Positions 60,101-64,000 of a stretch of DNA of 64,000 bases are shown here, in pieces; position 1 is the stretch's first letter; every line of letters begins with the position of its first letter. The stretch is from Marispirochaeta sp. (GTDB lineage: Bacteria; Spirochaetota; Spirochaetia; JC444; Marispirochaetaceae), in NCBI GenBank assembly GCA_963676835.2, contig CAXXFF010000004.1, forward strand, positions 288,001 to 352,000. Reading direction: 5' to 3'. Both the position numbers and the translations under genes were made by a program. Under the pieces are notes generated by a model that was given only the letters and a program-made list of their open reading frames with translations, was not told the DNA's origin and made no database searches.

Positions 60101-60910
60101 ATGGAATATAAAATTATTTCAGCATGGAACGGCACGGAAGGAGACTTCCTGCAATTAAAGAAAGGCGACATAGTTCAATTAGGCAATAAATCCGAAACAA
60201 CCAAATGGAAGAACTGGCAGGAATGCAGCCTCGATAATATAACAGCATGGGTTCCCATTCAAATAATAAATGCCATATCTGAAGTTAAAGGTGAGATTAG
60301 AGAAGATTATTCTGCATTTGAGTTACAAACCGATGTTGGAGATACCTTCAAATGTATCAAAGAAATGAACGGCTGGTTATTTGGATATATTATTTCCCGG
60401 GAATCAACTAAAGGCTGGATACCTGAAGAGACAGCTCAATTGACAGAGACTGCGGTTACGCCAGTCAACAATACTGATATTAAAGATTTGGTCCATTTTA
60501 TAGAAAAGTATAAAATCGAGAACAACAGAAAAATCACACAGGAATTATTGGAAAAATCAGAATCTGCAATCAGGGAAGTAATTACAGCTGAACATTCTTA
60601 CGCCTATAAATATTTAAATAGCGAGGGGAGATTCTCGGGGTATATGATATTTCATATCTTAAATTTCCCCATGATTAATGGAAGAGAAGCCTATATATCT
60701 GAACTGTTCATTGATAAAGAGCACCGGGGAAAAGGTATTGGTAAAGATTTTCTGAAAACTGCTGAATGTATTGCACGCAGGAAACAATGTACCAGGATAA
60801 TGCTGAATAATCCAAAAGAAAACGAAAGTTATAACCGCGGGTTTTATGCAAAGAATGGATATACAGAAAGGACCAATTTTGCTAATTTTGTAAAGGATTT
60901 GAGCAAGTGA
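60101..60910 (+). CDS. Tandem SH3-like domain fused to GNAT acetyltransferase
   Basis: N-term L.LKKGD...W...WVP, DYSAFEL...GW...GWIP; C-term ISELFI..HRGKGIG. Confidence 0.7.
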   Translation: MEYKIISAWNGTEGDFLQLKKGDIVQLGNKSETTKWKNWQECSLDNITAWVPIQIINAISEVKGEIREDYSAFELQTDVGDTFKCIKEMNGWLFGYIISRESTKGWIPEETAQLTETAVTPVNNTDIKDLVHFIEKYKIENNRKITQELLEKSESAIREVITAEHSYAYKYLNSEGRFSGYMIFHILNFPMINGREAYISELFIDKEHRGKGIGKDFLKTAECIARRKQCTRIMLNNPKENESYNRGFYAKNGYTERTNFANFVKDLSK

Positions 60911-60941
60911 GTACTGTGTATATACAGAGGAGAATGAAATA

Positions 60942-61238
60942 ATGGAAAAGAAATTCATCGTAGTAGCAGAGTTCTATCTCAAACCGGGTGCAATGGATAA
61001 ATTCCTGGAACTGGCACTGGAAGATTCAGCAAAATCCGTGGCCAATGAAGAGGGATGTCTTGGTTTTGATGTTCTGGTTCCTCAAAACAAGAAAGATACG
61101 GTTATATTGTTTGAGACCTATACAAGTAAGGATGCCTTCGAGGTTCATAAAACCATGCCTCATTTCAAACCCTTTGTTGATGGAATTCCTCCGCTGCTTT
61201 CAAAAGAGCGGACAATTCAGTTTCTTTCGGATTATTAA
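60942..61238 (+). CDS. ABM-family putative quinol monooxygenase
   Basis: NEEGCLGFDV, FETY, AFEVHKTMPHF. Confidence 0.88.
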   Translation: MEKKFIVVAEFYLKPGAMDKFLELALEDSAKSVANEEGCLGFDVLVPQNKKDTVILFETYTSKDAFEVHKTMPHFKPFVDGIPPLLSKERTIQFLSDY

Positions 61239-61512
61239 GAATCCTGTTCTAAATCAAACCCGCAGCCAGATATAATACACCTTCCCGTCAAAGGAATAAT
61301 AAAACCTTTGAAGGGAAGGCTGTGCCTGGAATAGAAACAAAGAAGTAAGGTGGAATATGGAAATTTTCTGTACGTATTTCATCTTTTCCGGTAAAATCTC
61401 AACATAACAACCGCATACTGCTGTTAATGTATTTGTCACGGTTTTCGCCTCAGGCTCTCCTGCAGCTGATACGGATGTTACGTAGAATTTATTTTTCTTA
61501 AACGGGGATATT

Positions 61513-64000
61513 GTGAAACGAATTGGTTATTTGATTTTTGCCTTAACTGTTTTTATTGCTTCCTGTACAACAAACGACAGCAGATTATCCGGCCAGAGAA
61601 TCAATTCCAGGGATGAGATCCCTTCCCGCATTATTTTCAATACCATCGATATACAAGAGAGGTCTGTCGGCGGAAAACGTCAAACCTGGTTCATTCTGGG
61701 ATCTGACACATACTACGGTGTGAAGATGTATATCCCGGAACAGGATCTGAACAGTAACAACCCTTTAAATTTCAATGCCGGCCGGAAAGAAGTCTACTTG
61801 GACATGGATGGTGTTATTAAAGAATGGGTGACTTTGCGGGGCAACTACAGGACTGATCAGAACAACATGTTTTCCGGCGGAGGCCTTTATGAAACAGCAG
61901 ACGGTCGCTTCGGTAAAGAATGCGGTTTCGCGGTTAATCTGATTAAGGCAGGATTGAGAAGTGCCCCCGGGGATAAACAGGAGCCTGCTGAAAAAGAGCG
62001 GCTCTTTGAAAGAATTTTTGAAGTGGATGCACAGCCCCTGCCGGTACTGTATAAAATGGACAGCCAGCCGAACTTTATGGGCTACGGTTCCGACGGCGAC
62101 CTGCTGATAACAACCTTTGATCAGTATATTGCCGTATCCCGGGACCGGGGAGAAACCTGGACCCATACCCTGCTGCCGAACTCGAAACTGCCGGACGGCT
62201 CATTCCGCTTTAACCAGTACGCCCGGATGGTCACGAATAAAATTACCATTGACGGTAAGCAAATCCTCATTACCGGCGCTATCGATGCCTACAGTTCGGA
62301 TAGGGGAAAAACATGGATTTTTCACAGAAGAGATGAAAATTCAGTCTTCGGAAAGATCCCTTTCGGTACTGAAGGAGAATTCCGTGCTGATGTTTTGTTT
62401 GAAGGAAAAATCCTGTTTGACGGTAGAGAGCATGCAGCAGTCTGGGATCCATCAGGGACTACATCCCCTACCCTCATCACACCCCCGTTTACAGGAAGAT
62501 ACCAGTATTTCTCCGGAGACTATATTTCCTTTTTTGCAGACGATTATACGTCTGCGGCTTTCTATAATATCGAAAATGGAGAGTGGCAGATTATCCGGCA
62601 GGGAAGCCATGGTCTAAAAGGCGATATCCGGATAGCCGTAAGAAATAATGACACCCTTATTGTCGGAGGGGCCGCGGGATTATTTCTGTCCCGGGACAGG
62701 GGCGAAACATTCAGACCCATCGATAACGGCATCGATTTCCCCGCAGGATGGCATCCCTGGGTGGTAAGCCGTCTGGAAGGAGATAGGATTGTCCTTAAAC
62801 TGCAAAGGTCACGGCCGCCTCTGCAATATATATGGCATGTTTCCGATATAGAAGAATTCAGGGAGAGACTTGGGTATGTCAGTATCAGCAATGACGGCGG
62901 AGAAACATGGGAGCACAAAACATACAATGTTGATAATGACCTTGATTTTTTCAAACAAATGAAAAGCTCCGATCCAGACGGAAGAACCCAGCTGATTGCC
63001 TACATGCCGGCGGAATTCGAGATACAGGACCAACACGATAAAACAATCCTGTACCGGCCAGCTCCCCTGGACAGGGATTATCCCTGGGAAAGGAGCCTGG
63101 ACGGGGGAAAATCCTGGCAGCGTTACGATGAAGAGTGGACCGGCCTGGATATAGAGTCGGACAACCGGCGCCATCTCGAAATATCCACAGACTACGGGAA
63201 AAGCTGGCATGAAGCTCCTTTCCATTTTACGAACGGCAGCAGATCGCAGACCGGACTCGAGCCGGGGGATATACCGGTTATGGAAGATCTGATATTTGCG
63301 GCAAAGTATTCGGACGGCAATTTTCAGAAAGACGGGGAAGCCGGGAAATACCTGGATCTTCTGAACCGGCTGTTCGATAAATTCAACCGGCGCTTTATAC
63401 CCGATCATAACATTGATATCCGCGGCGACCGTATAATCCTGAGAGTAAATGATGAACTCTATTTAAGTGAGAATTTCGGCCGAAGCTTTTCAAGGTTGGA
63501 GAATCTGCCATTTTCTAGCTTACAGGTTGAGAATCCGCAGTTTTTCAGAGACACTATCATAATTAATAAAAATTACAGATCCTACTATGCAGCGAATGCC
63601 ACCGGTACAGGCTGGAAATATATCGAAGAAAATAACGATAGTAAAAATGAAGCTGGACTGGACTTCACTCCCCACTCCAGCCGGTTTGCATCAAGTGAAG
63701 ATTATTTCTACGCCATATTTTCACAGAGAAGTTCCAATGGATTCCTCTTCTATCCATACAGAAGGAACAAGGTTGCCTTTGGGGAGGATAATTCCTGGGA
63801 AGCAATTGCCGAACCGGTTCGGGTTTTTATGGATCGTCCCACGTTTACCGCAGCCGGGGATAATATGGCAATCCTGGAGTATAATTCCACCATGCAGAAA
63901 ATTCAGAACAATACGCTTCTGCTGCATCTGAGTCATGACGGGGGGAAAACCTGGAAAGACTATAATACTTATGCCATGATCGAAGAGAGCAGGGTCCTTG
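61513..64000 (+). CDS. Large lipoprotein with BNR/Asp-box repeats (3' truncated; not in ORF track)
   Basis: GTG start, MKRIGYLIFALTVFIAS-C; frame appears open to window end; repeated S.D.G.TW motifs. Confidence 0.85.
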   Translation, partial: MKRIGYLIFALTVFIASCTTNDSRLSGQRINSRDEIPSRIIFNTIDIQERSVGGKRQTWFILGSDTYYGVKMYIPEQDLNSNNPLNFNAGRKEVYLDMDGVIKEWVTLRGNYRTDQNNMFSGGGLYETADGRFGKECGFAVNLIKAGLRSAPGDKQEPAEKERLFERIFEVDAQPLPVLYKMDSQPNFMGYGSDGDLLITTFDQYIAVSRDRGETWTHTLLPNSKLPDGSFRFNQYARMVTNKITIDGKQILITGAIDAYSSDRGKTWIFHRRDENSVFGKIPFGTEGEFRADVLFEGKILFDGREHAAVWDPSGTTSPTLITPPFTGRYQYFSGDYISFFADDYTSAAFYNIENGEWQIIRQGSHGLKGDIRIAVRNNDTLIVGGAAGLFLSRDRGETFRPIDNGIDFPAGWHPWVVSRLEGDRIVLKLQRSRPPLQYIWHVSDIEEFRERLGYVSISNDGGETWEHKTYNVDNDLDFFKQMKSSDPDGRTQLIAYMPAEFEIQDQHDKTILYRPAPLDRDYPWERSLDGGKSWQRYDEEWTGLDIESDNRRHLEISTDYGKSWHEAPFHFTNGSRSQTGLEPGDIPVMEDLIFAAKYSDGNFQKDGEAGKYLDLLNRLFDKFNRRFIPDHNIDIRGDRIILRVNDELYLSENFGRSFSRLENLPFSSLQVENPQFFRDTIIINKNYRSYYAANATGTGWKYIEENNDSKNEAGLDFTPHSSRFASSEDYFYAIFSQRSSNGFLFYPYRRNKVAFGEDNSWEAIAEPVRVFMDRPTFTAAGDNMAILEYNSTMQKIQNNTLLLHLSHDGGKTWKDYNTYAMIEESRVL

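Noticed and set aside
61765..63936. ORF-track entries in the last 2.3 kb
   Set aside because: Shadow frames of the long + strand lipoprotein gene.

Overview
Bacterial chromosomal window, probably from a free-living spirochaete (inferred from a TmpB-like lipoprotein/LysM pair and a spirochaete-type glycan-binding protein; not proven). Bases 1-47.2 kb are moderately GC-rich and carry sugar-acid catabolism genes (uxuA/uxuB-like, SDRs, enolase), a cstA-arsA operon, a PIN/Phd toxin-antitoxin (TA) pair, a beta-propeller hybrid kinase, an Mrp/Mbh-type antiporter operon led by PII-like and PTS-EIIA genes, an RND pump, rubrerythrin and a 149-bp MITE. Two regions stand out. (1) 22.8-29.55 kb is a lasso-leader RiPP cluster with B1, B2, nucleotidyltransferase, ABC exporter, HPr-type kinase and a phosphoribosyltransferase(PRTase)-RRE fusion. 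It has two precursors, one missing from the ORF track, but no lasso cyclase and no ring-forming acidic residue, so it is a candidate new RiPP type. (2) 47.5-54.1 kb is an AT-rich integron cassette array with seven attC sites, five unusually long (171-181 bp), and no integrase in the window. It includes a duplicated gene-less cassette and is followed by an IS91-like remnant and an eroded cassette-like tail. The window ends in a long Asp-box lipoprotein gene that runs off the edge.
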